From: a virus | IMG/VR virus record: IMGVR_UViG_3300036770_001972 | Span: 38,229-102,228 of that record | Length of the DNA: 64,000 nucleotides | Reading direction: 5' to 3' (one strand) | Shown here: positions 1 to 8,880 of the stretch, one piece after another | How the letters are laid out: every line of letters starts with the position of its first letter | Position numbering within the stretch: the first letter of the stretch is position 1 | Position numbers and translations under genes: made by a program | The notes under the pieces: generated by a model | What the model saw: the letters and a program-made list of their open reading frames with translations, nothing else | What the model was told of the DNA's origin: nothing | Databases searched by the model: none

Positions 1-333
1 TTCCTCCACAGGATATTTAGCCTTTATGTCGGGTTCAGGCATGGACTCTTTCTTGGCTGCTTCTACATCAGCCGCCACCTGTTGATTCTCCTTGGTGACT
101 TCGACAAGCAGTCTGAAGAAATCGTCTATGCGGGAGAGATATCTTTCCCCATCTTCCCACACTCCGACTACAGTCCAAGAGTTGTTCTCGGTTCTGTAGT
201 GTCTGCGCTTTCCATCGTAAAACATCACAATCAGACCATTTGGATGCTGATAGGCGGGTTCCAAACGCTTGAACAGTTCAAGGGGAACCTTGAGACCGTT
301 CAGATAGATGTTGTCTTTGTCGTGCTTGAACAT
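1..333 (-). CDS. hypothetical protein (3' end runs off the window); possible fibre assembly chaperone
   Basis: Absent from the ORF track because no stop lies in the window. ATG at 333 is 3 nt after the stop of the 337-3561 fibre gene, and the frame is open to position 1 (MFKHDKDNIYLNGLKVPLELFKRLEPAY...KYPVEE). Confidence 0.7.
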   Translation of the reverse strand, partial: MFKHDKDNIYLNGLKVPLELFKRLEPAYQHPNGLIVMFYDGKRRHYRTENNSWTVVGVWEDGERYLSRIDDFFRLLVEVTKENQQVAADVEAAKKESMPEPDIKAKYPVEE

Positions 334-336
334 CGA

Positions 337-3300
337 TTAGAACGGAAGTTGTTCCGAATCTCCCTTGATTACTTCATGGATTGTGGCTGTATCGACCATC
401 GCGCTCAAATCCGTCTGACTGACTGTCATGACGATCTTGGAGTTGATTCCCTGAACACGACCTGTACCGATGAAGCGGGGTGTTTGGACTCCTGTCACAA
501 AGTCGGTGCCCGTCTTGCCCTTTGAAAGTCCTGTGGTGGAAAGCAAGTCGGGGCTTGAAACATTCGAATTGATTGCAAGTACCGCAAACTTGTTTTCCTC
601 CGTTCCCTGCCCAATTCCAGTTGTCTCACCGCCCTTGCTAGTACCCACATCCGAAAGAATGCGGACGAAATCCTTGATTCTCACATTTGCATTGACTGCA
701 AGAATACCAGGCCCGATGATATCGGCATCACCAACAACAACATTTCCATTCAACACCGTAGTTGGGGCACGATTGCCTTTGATGTGCGTCTTGCCGATCT
801 TGTCCAAATCACGGGTGATGTTGATTGTGCCGCCATTATCGGTGATCACGGGGAACGAATTGCGAGAGAAGATTGCACCCGCTGCCTCTGCATTAGACCC
901 GCTATCGGCAGCAAGACCATAGTAAGAATCCGACACCGTGCAATGCTTCAGAACGATGGTTCCACCATTCGTGGCATGCGCGGCAACTGGATAGTTCAGG
1001 AACATGGAGTCCCTAGCCTTGATGGTTCCACCATCAGTCTGCAAACCGATTGCGTTGCTGTATGCCCCACCCGTAATGAATGATGCCAAGGAAGCATCGG
1101 TCATCGCTGCTGTGGTGGAGTGATTGATAAACGCAATACCATCACCATCTGTTCCACCAACCGCCCAATCGCCAATGTATGTCCGTGTGTTTCTTCCTGA
1201 GAACACAGCACCATTTGAAGATGTTGTATGGATGGTAACACCGTATACATCAACCGAATTGATGTAGTTGGTGAATGTCTGATTCAGCAGATTGCCGAAT
1301 GTCATCGAACCCTCGTTCTTGACATGCAGCGTGAAATACTGTCCGCTGATTCCAACGACTTCGTGTCCACCGACGATCATGTTCATCAGACCGCCCGTGC
1401 CGCTTGTGACTCCGTCGAATCCTGAAGAGATGCCGTTGGAATTTGTCATACCACCGACAAGGGCTAGTGGTGGAAGGAAGCGAACTGCACTTCCCGTTGC
1501 CGCAATCATGCTTTGTGCCGTGCCGATGTTTACCTGAAGTGCAAACCGCGTGGTGTCTGTTGCTCCAAGTGCTGTATACAGAGGTAGGAATGTGATTCCC
1601 TGAACGGTCTGTGTAACAAGGCTTCCTTGTTCTGCACGGATGTACAAGTCGCGGTCAATGTAGTTGAACCACGGCTGATTCAATGTGTACACACCGCGAG
1701 TCAGGATGATGTCAAAAGGTGTTGCAAATGCAGATGCAGAGTCGTTGATCACCGATAGGTTGTACACGGAGGATCGATTGATCTTGACATTTGGATTCGG
1801 GGAAACCGTAAGTGGCTTCGTGAATCTCCCGTATGGGAAGGTGCTTTCATTCACAGAGTCGGTCGGATCTCTGTAATAGAAAGGTGCCTCTGTTGTCGGT
1901 GCGATGTTGCTTGCAGAGAATACCGACATCGCATAAGAGAAGTCTGTTGGATACAGAGGATCCATGGATAGATTCTGCGACAAGAAAGTCCTCGCGGGAT
2001 TGCCGACGATGCCGTTCTTGTACACGGATTCGGGTGCCAACCAAATAGATTTTGGCAGATCACCGCCTACAAATTGACAGACGCAATCCGCACCATCTGC
2101 TCCCGCAGGGCCTTGCGGGCCTGCTGGGCCTTGCGGGCCCTGACTGCCGTCTTGTCCGTCTTGTCCATCCGCTCCATCATTACCCGCAGGGCCTTGAGGG
2201 CCTTGAGGGCCTGTCTCGCCAGTTGCGCCAGTTGCGCCAGTATGACCGCGAGGGCCAATTTCAATCCCAGGTCCTTGGAATTGGCGATGTCGAATGATCC
2301 AGTTCGTAGCCACATACGGCGGCATCAAAGAGATTGGCTCATTGTCTGCCGTGAATCCTGCTTCATATGATGTCGTTTGAGCAACATCTACTGTTCTCTG
2401 AGAGGCAGCAATTGCCACACGATTGGTCGCACCTGAAGAGGAAGACTCTGTAGTGTAGAGATAGTTTCCGTGATCGGGAATCTCGTTCGATGCCAACAGG
2501 TGGGTATCATCACCACCAATCTCTCCCCGCTTCAACTCAGTCAGACCTGACGAGTATCCCACGCCGAATGCAGTTCTAGCCCGCATGTCGGGAATAAAGA
2601 ACCGCTCCGATGTTGCACCAGTTGCCTCTCCCACCTCAAGCGACTGAATCGTCACTTGAGAACTTGCGACTGCTCCGCTGAAATCAACGGGAGTGCAGCC
2701 AGGGTAATTTCTTGCATATTGGAAGCGAACTTCGGTTGTGTTTGCCGCAGTCAGCGTTCCGATTGCAAAGTCATTCGTTCCACCCCAACCAATCTTATAC
2801 TCAAGATATGTGTCATTGTCATATGCATCAACCAATCCATGTGCGGTTGTGCCTGGATAGTCTTCATGTCCCTCCGTTGAGAAAGAAATGATGACATCCC
2901 GAGCCGTGTTACCCATCGGGCCTGTTGTGCTTGAGACGAGACCCGTTACCTTGTACTTGTCCCCGATGATCTCATACAGATGGCTATAGATTTCGCCATC
3001 CATGGGATTCTCTCCGACCTTACGGACGGCAGCACCATCACAGATTCTCCAAGTGGAGGGTACTGTTTGGAAACTTCCTGCCCATGGGATCATCGATCCA
3101 ACGGGAGAGTACAGCGATGCACTTGATGTCTGTGGGAGTGCATTGATCACGAATCCCTTGTCGGTATCCGTGGCGACGATCATTCCTTGAATGTATGACG
3201 CACCATCGAAAGGACGAATCGGGGTCAGATACCCCGCATTTGTCGGTGACAGATAGTAGACATTTCCTGCGGTGAGGCTTGTTGCACCGTCATCAATGTC

Positions 3301-3561
3301 CAAGGCGGCTCCTTCGAAATCGATTTCGCCTTGGTAGACTACTGTGATCGATTCCGTCGAAGCCGCCTCGACAACACCCACCGTCTGAGATGTCTCCAAA
3401 TCATCGGCAAGACCTAGAGCGAATCCTGTAACGCCGCCCGTATAGACTACGACATTACCCGCTGCGAAACCGTGCCCTGAGGGGACAGTCCAAGTGTTGA
3501 GGATTCTGCGGCCATCACTACCGCCGCCGCCGCCGATGATTGGGATTGCACTATATGCCAT
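337..3561 (-). CDS. tail fibre protein with split tail-collar domain, collagen-like linker and C-terminal beta-helix-like region
   Basis: Collar motifs PVGSMIPWAG...WRICDG and FFIPDMRARTAFG...MPPYVATNWIIR, a (G-X-Y)n stretch, and C-terminal repeats resembling a parallel beta-helix. Confidence 0.8.
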   Translation of the reverse strand: MAYSAIPIIGGGGGSDGRRILNTWTVPSGHGFAAGNVVVYTGGVTGFALGLADDLETSQTVGVVEAASTESITVVYQGEIDFEGAALDIDDGATSLTAGNVYYLSPTNAGYLTPIRPFDGASYIQGMIVATDTDKGFVINALPQTSSASLYSPVGSMIPWAGSFQTVPSTWRICDGAAVRKVGENPMDGEIYSHLYEIIGDKYKVTGLVSSTTGPMGNTARDVIISFSTEGHEDYPGTTAHGLVDAYDNDTYLEYKIGWGGTNDFAIGTLTAANTTEVRFQYARNYPGCTPVDFSGAVASSQVTIQSLEVGEATGATSERFFIPDMRARTAFGVGYSSGLTELKRGEIGGDDTHLLASNEIPDHGNYLYTTESSSSGATNRVAIAASQRTVDVAQTTSYEAGFTADNEPISLMPPYVATNWIIRHRQFQGPGIEIGPRGHTGATGATGETGPQGPQGPAGNDGADGQDGQDGSQGPQGPAGPQGPAGADGADCVCQFVGGDLPKSIWLAPESVYKNGIVGNPARTFLSQNLSMDPLYPTDFSYAMSVFSASNIAPTTEAPFYYRDPTDSVNESTFPYGRFTKPLTVSPNPNVKINRSSVYNLSVINDSASAFATPFDIILTRGVYTLNQPWFNYIDRDLYIRAEQGSLVTQTVQGITFLPLYTALGATDTTRFALQVNIGTAQSMIAATGSAVRFLPPLALVGGMTNSNGISSGFDGVTSGTGGLMNMIVGGHEVVGISGQYFTLHVKNEGSMTFGNLLNQTFTNYINSVDVYGVTIHTTSSNGAVFSGRNTRTYIGDWAVGGTDGDGIAFINHSTTAAMTDASLASFITGGAYSNAIGLQTDGGTIKARDSMFLNYPVAAHATNGGTIVLKHCTVSDSYYGLAADSGSNAEAAGAIFSRNSFPVITDNGGTINITRDLDKIGKTHIKGNRAPTTVLNGNVVVGDADIIGPGILAVNANVRIKDFVRILSDVGTSKGGETTGIGQGTEENKFAVLAINSNVSSPDLLSTTGLSKGKTGTDFVTGVQTPRFIGTGRVQGINSKIVMTVSQTDLSAMVDTATIHEVIKGDSEQLPF
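2085..2270 (-). repeat. collagen-like G-X-Y repeat inside the fibre gene
   Basis: [57 protein letters not shown], with 9-nt periodicity in the DNA. Confidence 0.9.
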
Positions 3562-3597
3562 TAGTGGAGTTCCTACCTTTAATAGTCAGACTGCCAC

Positions 3598-3604
3598 TAT
3601 TTAG
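3598..3604 (-). promoter_or_regulatory. T4-type late promoter CTAAATA
   Basis: Intergenic, upstream of the fibre gene. The same motif precedes many genes in the window and resembles the T4 gp55 -10 box TATAAATA. Confidence 0.75.
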
Positions 3605-3613
3605 CGACAATCT

Positions 3614-4840
3614 TTACCCCTGATCGCCCTCGTTCAGGATGGCATCGGTAGCGAACTTGAGATTCGCCTCAATGCGCTCCTTCTGATCGGGCGGGAACTT
3701 GCCCTGTTGGAGCAACTGAATGCTTGCAATACGGGATTCGCGGTAGTGTCCCGTCCAAAACGCCGCGATTGCAAACTCATCCAACATTGCCCAATCGTAG
3801 ATTCCCTGCCCGACGAAAAGGGCACCTTCGGGGTATCTAACCTTTAGACCCTGCTTGGCGAACCGATAGCCCTGATCGAACCGTGAGAATGCACGGCAGA
3901 GACGGGCAGCAGCCCAAAGGCTTTCTGCTCTCCAAGGAGCGACCTGATATGCCTTGAAGTAGACCTGAATGATGTTGTCAACAGGCTTCTCCAAGATTTC
4001 CATGATACGACCCGCCTGATAGAGGCTGTAGAAGACCTCTTCATTCCAACCACCGAGATCTGCTCTCTTGAGATATGCCGCCAAAGCGGGTTCCCATTGC
4101 TGCGAGTCACGGTACGACTGAGCAAGATAGAAGTGATAACGATTGAAGTCCTTCTCTTCGACCTTGCCTGTGGCGAGAGCCGCTTCGAACTTCTCAGCAT
4201 CCTTCTTGTACTTCTCAGGATCCGAGGAACGGGCACCGTCCTGAATCGGGGTGTTCATGAATCCACGGGCAAAGTCGCGGGTGCCGATTGGATCATGGCA
4301 GTCCACATACTCATGGAGAACACCACGGTAGTAGAACCGCTTCTTGTTGCTTGTCATCTGCGGACGGTGATATCGAGTCTGTCCGAAGTGGGCGAAGATG
4401 TTGTATAGATCGGCATTCAGGGTTTCCTTGAACTTCATCGGATCGAAGCCTGGCTCATACACCAAGATCTCATCCGCATCAATCATGTATGCATAGTCGG
4501 TGTCGGTCTTCTGACACAGTTCAAGAGCCTCGCTGCGGTTGTGACCGAAGTCAACCCACGGACGCTCATGGAGTTCTCCCTTGATGCCGTTGCGCTCAAA
4601 GAAGTCCTTGATCTTTTGCTGTGTGCCGTCTGTCGATCCTGTGTCAACGATGACCCAGTAATCGATGATCGGAAGTACAGAAGAGAGGCACCGCTCAATG
4701 ACATGAGCCTCGTTCTTGACGATCATGCAAAGGCTGATCGTCTTGTGCTTCTTGTCGTTCGTGGTTGCTGTTGTGACCGCGTCTGTGGGGGAGGTCGAAA
4801 CAACATTCGTCGGTGCGTCAATCGTCATAGTCTCGCTCAT
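3614..4840 (-). CDS. family 2 glycosyltransferase with C-terminal TPR repeats
   Basis: ISLCMIVKNEAHVIERCL, IVDTGSTDGT, DFGHNRSEAL, DxD motif IDADE and YRGVLHE, followed by TPR-like helices (YHFYLAQSYRD, FYSLYQAGRI). Start set at ATG 4840 because GGAG lies just upstream; the alternative is 4852. Confidence 0.9.
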   Translation of the reverse strand: MSETMTIDAPTNVVSTSPTDAVTTATTNDKKHKTISLCMIVKNEAHVIERCLSSVLPIIDYWVIVDTGSTDGTQQKIKDFFERNGIKGELHERPWVDFGHNRSEALELCQKTDTDYAYMIDADEILVYEPGFDPMKFKETLNADLYNIFAHFGQTRYHRPQMTSNKKRFYYRGVLHEYVDCHDPIGTRDFARGFMNTPIQDGARSSDPEKYKKDAEKFEAALATGKVEEKDFNRYHFYLAQSYRDSQQWEPALAAYLKRADLGGWNEEVFYSLYQAGRIMEILEKPVDNIIQVYFKAYQVAPWRAESLWAAARLCRAFSRFDQGYRFAKQGLKVRYPEGALFVGQGIYDWAMLDEFAIAAFWTGHYRESRIASIQLLQQGKFPPDQKERIEANLKFATDAILNEGDQG

Positions 4841-4873
4841 TACAATCTCCATGATGAAAGGGGGTGTGTCAGA

Positions 4874-4880
4874 TATTTAG
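4874..4880 (-). promoter_or_regulatory. late promoter CTAAATA for the glycosyltransferase
   Basis: Intergenic motif, with a small inverted repeat CAAGGTC/GACCTTG just upstream. Confidence 0.7.
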
Positions 4881-4917
4881 TGCGCCCAAGGTCAATGCTC
4901 AAAAGACCTTGTTGAGA

Positions 4918-5259
4918 TTACGGAATTTTCGTAACTTCGGGATAGACCGTAATCATGCCCTGCACAACTCTTTGGACAGTCGCGCTTCCGTTTGAGTGCA
5001 ATTCGACATCATAAAACCAAACTCCTGCTTTGGCATTCGCAGATGCGGTAGGCCCCAAAGAAACCGTGATGTTTCCTGTTGCTCCTGTGATTGATGCCGT
5101 GAAGTTTATGCCTGTTGTCGATGAATAGAACCTACGCATCTGTGCGTATGCCGTGTATCCCGAGGCAATATCCAATGGAAGACCGTCATCCCCCTTCACC
5201 ACATAAGAGAAGGAGAAATTTGATCCCTGATCCATGTCTCTATTGATCGTTTGTGCCAT
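4918..5259 (-). CDS. small virion structural beta-sandwich protein
   Basis: The DQGSNF...LDIASGYTAYAQMRR...WFYDVEL...RVVQGMITVYPEVTK pattern is typical of small structural proteins in large T4-like phages. Confidence 0.65.
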   Translation of the reverse strand: MAQTINRDMDQGSNFSFSYVVKGDDGLPLDIASGYTAYAQMRRFYSSTTGINFTASITGATGNITVSLGPTASANAKAGVWFYDVELHSNGSATVQRVVQGMITVYPEVTKIP

Positions 5260-5273
5260 AAGTGATTAGCCTA

Positions 5274-8200
5274 TTAGGGTTTCTTGCCGATTGCCATCCA
5301 CGACGCACCGATCAGATAGTTAAGATTTCCCTCACTTGCCTTGCCCAACACAATCACACCGCCGTTTGCAGTCATTGCTGCAATTTGACCGTATGAATCT
5401 CCTGCCCCATTGAATTGAGAATATCGCGGGGTAACATTGCAAGACCATGCAACAGTTGCGAACGGAGTTGGCCAAGTTATGCTCTTGTAAAGATTGCCGC
5501 TTGAATTCGTAAGTTCTGCGCGGGGGACAAATCCCCATTGAATAAGAATTCCACCTGGTAGTTCTGTATATCCATTCTCTTGATCAGAATATGCAGATGA
5601 CTGTGAGCCACCAGTTCCCGTTTGATACCAAACAAAGCCTTCGGGATATCCTGCGGTACTTGTTGGTGGTGCAGCAGAACTGACATTATGCATCGGGCGA
5701 CAGGAAACTTCACCTGTCTTGTAGTCGATGACAAGATTGCGGGAATCTGCATCTCTCTGATTCTGATCGTAGAATGCAGTTGGGCCTGTAAGACCAAAAT
5801 TGAGGGCAGGGTACATACGCACATTGCATGTACTGCCACCCGTGATCATCAGAGAATTGCTGCCCGAAAGCGAGATACGAGCAGACTCATTGATGAAGAG
5901 TCTGTTGCCGACATAGTAATCTGCACTTACACCACCCGCCACAATCGCATCGACGCTGTCTGCGCCACCCAATCCTTGGATATTGATGTTGCCCGTAACG
6001 GTCAATGTACCATGGAAGGTATCGTCTGCATCGCGGCGAAGAACTCTAGCATTCGTGCGGAACTGCACCCTATCGGCTTCGGTAAGAGTACGAGCCGCAC
6101 CACCCTCTACCGTGTGGTTGATGTCGTAGCGAATGTAGTAGTTGTCGTGATTGTGACCCGTTAGGATCGTCGCCTGTAGACCTTTCTTGGAGCGAATGAT
6201 CCAATGCAAGCCGACATATGGGGGATAGATGCTGAACGGCGAAGGTTCAACACCAGTTCCTTGTAGACCGCCAGTTTCCGCAGTAGAAGATCCATACGAA
6301 GTGCTGAACTGATCCGTCTGCACCACGCTATTAAGTGAGTGCGTGTGTGGGGGGATGTTGTTCTCAAGCAGGATGACCTCTTCTTCGCCACCCACGGTTC
6401 CCAAGGAGATCGCGGGGGAGATCACACCGCTGCCGCTCAAGCCCGTGCCATTCGATACACCAAATGCAGTCCGTCTCCGCATGTCGGGAAGGAAGAACAC
6501 AGATCTGCCAACGGTCGATCCAACAGAGCGACCATAGACCTTGATTTCTGTATCTTCAACAACTTCGGTGAAAGGAGAGGATGCGAAAGAGACTCTGCGA
6601 GTGGCTTCGGTGACTGTGGCGACAATTACCGATGCGCTACCAGTTGTCCATACGAGCCGCAACGCATCTCCAACCGCCAAACCGCGAGTATCGCCGTCGA
6701 TGGTAATGGTACTTGCATCATAGACCGTTGCATCTGCATAATGGTTTTGACCAATTGCGGAATATAGATCATTCCACTCGTTCTGAGACTTTGCCTTGCC
6801 ATCGCAAAGCAACCAACCATCGGGAATCTGATCTATAGCACCCGCAAATGGCTGAACTGCGCCGATTGGAGCAACCGAACGAAGATAAACCAAATCACTT
6901 GGTGTATCACCAACAATGACACCCGTATAGTTGATGACATATCCCGAGTCGTATCCTGTTGCGAGGAAGATAGCCTTGCGTACTTCCCCCGCCTGTACTT
7001 CATATGCACCACCATCGGGATCGCTGATGAGGCGACCACCAACATCGGGGTGCAGATAGTATGCCTGACCAGTAGCAAGAGGATAAAGACCCGTCAAGCC
7101 ACCGCTGCCTGTCAATCCCTTGATGAATCCCTTCGTGACGAGACTGAAACAATCGCCGCTGACACTTTCAACCATGCCGATTGCTTCTGCATTGGGAACT
7201 GTGTTTGCCTGAGCGAATGTAAGAGTGCCGTCAAGATCGAATCGCAGAACATGCCCGACTTGGAACGCATGTCCTGTTTGGCAGAAACGCTTGCGAATAG
7301 CGTCTGCGCGAATCCAATCTTCATGCAAGCGACCGTCATCCAACGAAACTGGAATAGACCATGGAGTTGCTGTCGTGAGTGCATGGGCACCGTCGAGTTG
7401 ATCTGCATTGAACCACTTGACCCAATTTGTCACGGGGATATTGGGGTAAACAGCAGGCCCTGTGCTGCCCGAGTAAACTACTCCGAATGTGATTCCCGCT
7501 TCGCCCGTGGCACTATGCCACATGGTAAGTTGCTGACCTACTTGATATTTGGTAAATGGTGTTTCAGTTCCATTGAAACCAAGGTAGGTATAGGTATTGT
7601 CCGCAGCCCCATATCCATAAGAAGCAAACTTGGAGGAAACGACATGTGCGTCTGCACCAGTTACACCAATGTTTGTGTTGCTGAAGAAGCCGTACCAATC
7701 TACGCTTCCGATGGGGGCACTCTTTAGCCATACCCAATCTTTGTCACCCTGCAAGCCCTTTACGCGGATTCCAGCGGGCTGAAGCAGAGTATCGCTATAG
7801 AAGTCAGTTCCATCTACAACATCGCCCGATACTGTTACGGTTTGTTGATAGGCGGTTCCAGTAACAACCAATTTACCAGTTGCAATGATGTCGCCAACTC
7901 CACCTTCGCTAAAAGCCCCCAATCGAATAGTTCCTGTCGTGCCTGAGGGGGAGACAGACCAATTCGAAACTTGCCCAATTGTTGTTGCGTTGGCTTCTGT
8001 CGGTGGATTGATAGTATCGTGATAAAAGGCTGTGCTTCCAACATCGAACGATGTTCCAGTAAGGCTTGATCCCGAAATCGTGAACTGGACATACCGAGCG
8101 TATGCCAATTCAATCAGTTTATCTTCAATACGCAGATCATTCGAATCGATGTAAGAAATGTCATCTTGAACATTCAAGTTGCCGATGATGTTGACATTGC

Positions 8201-8669
8201 CCTGAATTGTAAAATCGCCGTTGCCGCTGTCACCGAACACAACCGTATTCGGAAGCATACGATTTGCAGTTGTTCTCTTTGGCGTTCCCGCAGGCCCCTG
8301 TCTTTGGTCGCTGAAATCGCTGAAGATCACATAATCATCGATGGCAGGATTGGCAGAAGCACCAGTACCAAGATCCTCTAGCCGAATGGCATCGATGATT
8401 ACCTTGTTATAGTTGTTCGTAAACGCAGGAACACCAATGCCGATACCCGCACCAGGGTTGACTGAAATTGTGACAACGCCGTTGTAATAGCCACCCGAAC
8501 AGCCCGTTTCTCTGATCAAACCGCCATTGGTCGGGCCTACAGCAACATCGTAGACATTGATTGCGCTTGCGGCTTCAATGATCTCATTCGTTCTGTCGAA
8601 CCATGTGTTGAAGGTATCGGACAGGACGAGTGGCTGAATGTTAATCAGGTCTGCTGCTGTACAGGACAT
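5274..8669 (-). CDS. tail fibre protein with tail-collar domain and C-terminal lectin-like tip
   Basis: N-terminal LSDTFNTWFDRTNEI, IEDKLIELA motif, collar PIGAVQPFAG..WLLCDG..FFLPDMRRR, and C-terminal NGYTELPGGILIQWG fibre-tip motif. Confidence 0.8.
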   Translation of the reverse strand: MSCTAADLINIQPLVLSDTFNTWFDRTNEIIEAASAINVYDVAVGPTNGGLIRETGCSGGYYNGVVTISVNPGAGIGIGVPAFTNNYNKVIIDAIRLEDLGTGASANPAIDDYVIFSDFSDQRQGPAGTPKRTTANRMLPNTVVFGDSGNGDFTIQGNVNIIGNLNVQDDISYIDSNDLRIEDKLIELAYARYVQFTISGSSLTGTSFDVGSTAFYHDTINPPTEANATTIGQVSNWSVSPSGTTGTIRLGAFSEGGVGDIIATGKLVVTGTAYQQTVTVSGDVVDGTDFYSDTLLQPAGIRVKGLQGDKDWVWLKSAPIGSVDWYGFFSNTNIGVTGADAHVVSSKFASYGYGAADNTYTYLGFNGTETPFTKYQVGQQLTMWHSATGEAGITFGVVYSGSTGPAVYPNIPVTNWVKWFNADQLDGAHALTTATPWSIPVSLDDGRLHEDWIRADAIRKRFCQTGHAFQVGHVLRFDLDGTLTFAQANTVPNAEAIGMVESVSGDCFSLVTKGFIKGLTGSGGLTGLYPLATGQAYYLHPDVGGRLISDPDGGAYEVQAGEVRKAIFLATGYDSGYVINYTGVIVGDTPSDLVYLRSVAPIGAVQPFAGAIDQIPDGWLLCDGKAKSQNEWNDLYSAIGQNHYADATVYDASTITIDGDTRGLAVGDALRLVWTTGSASVIVATVTEATRRVSFASSPFTEVVEDTEIKVYGRSVGSTVGRSVFFLPDMRRRTAFGVSNGTGLSGSGVISPAISLGTVGGEEEVILLENNIPPHTHSLNSVVQTDQFSTSYGSSTAETGGLQGTGVEPSPFSIYPPYVGLHWIIRSKKGLQATILTGHNHDNYYIRYDINHTVEGGAARTLTEADRVQFRTNARVLRRDADDTFHGTLTVTGNINIQGLGGADSVDAIVAGGVSADYYVGNRLFINESARISLSGSNSLMITGGSTCNVRMYPALNFGLTGPTAFYDQNQRDADSRNLVIDYKTGEVSCRPMHNVSSAAPPTSTAGYPEGFVWYQTGTGGSQSSAYSDQENGYTELPGGILIQWGFVPRAELTNSSGNLYKSITWPTPFATVAWSCNVTPRYSQFNGAGDSYGQIAAMTANGGVIVLGKASEGNLNYLIGASWMAIGKKP

Positions 8670-8676
8670 TTGCTAT

Positions 8677-8880
8677 TCACCGTTCCTCAATGAGTTTTGA
8701 CATGAGTGCCTTTAGTTCAGACAGTTCATGTTCCAACCTATTTATCCGATCCTTCTGAGCCTTGGCTTCTTGCTTTCGTCTCTCATATGCCTTTATCGAA
8801 TCCTTATCCGTGGAAAGCAACGCCCCCGAGCGCATGTCTCTTACCAATTTTTCATTCTGCACAGGGATCTTGTGTGTCAT
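8677..8880 (-). CDS. small coiled-coil hypothetical protein
   Basis: LVRDMRSGALLSTD..AYERRK..RINRLEHELSELKALMSKL; ATGA overlap with the upstream gene. Confidence 0.7.
   Translation of the reverse strand: MTHKIPVQNEKLVRDMRSGALLSTDKDSIKAYERRKQEAKAQKDRINRLEHELSELKALMSKLIEER

Noticed and set aside
82-525. 147-aa plus-strand ORF
   Set aside because: It is antisense to the fibre gene and to the minus-strand ORF at 1-333, has no recognisable motif, and looks like a shadow ORF.
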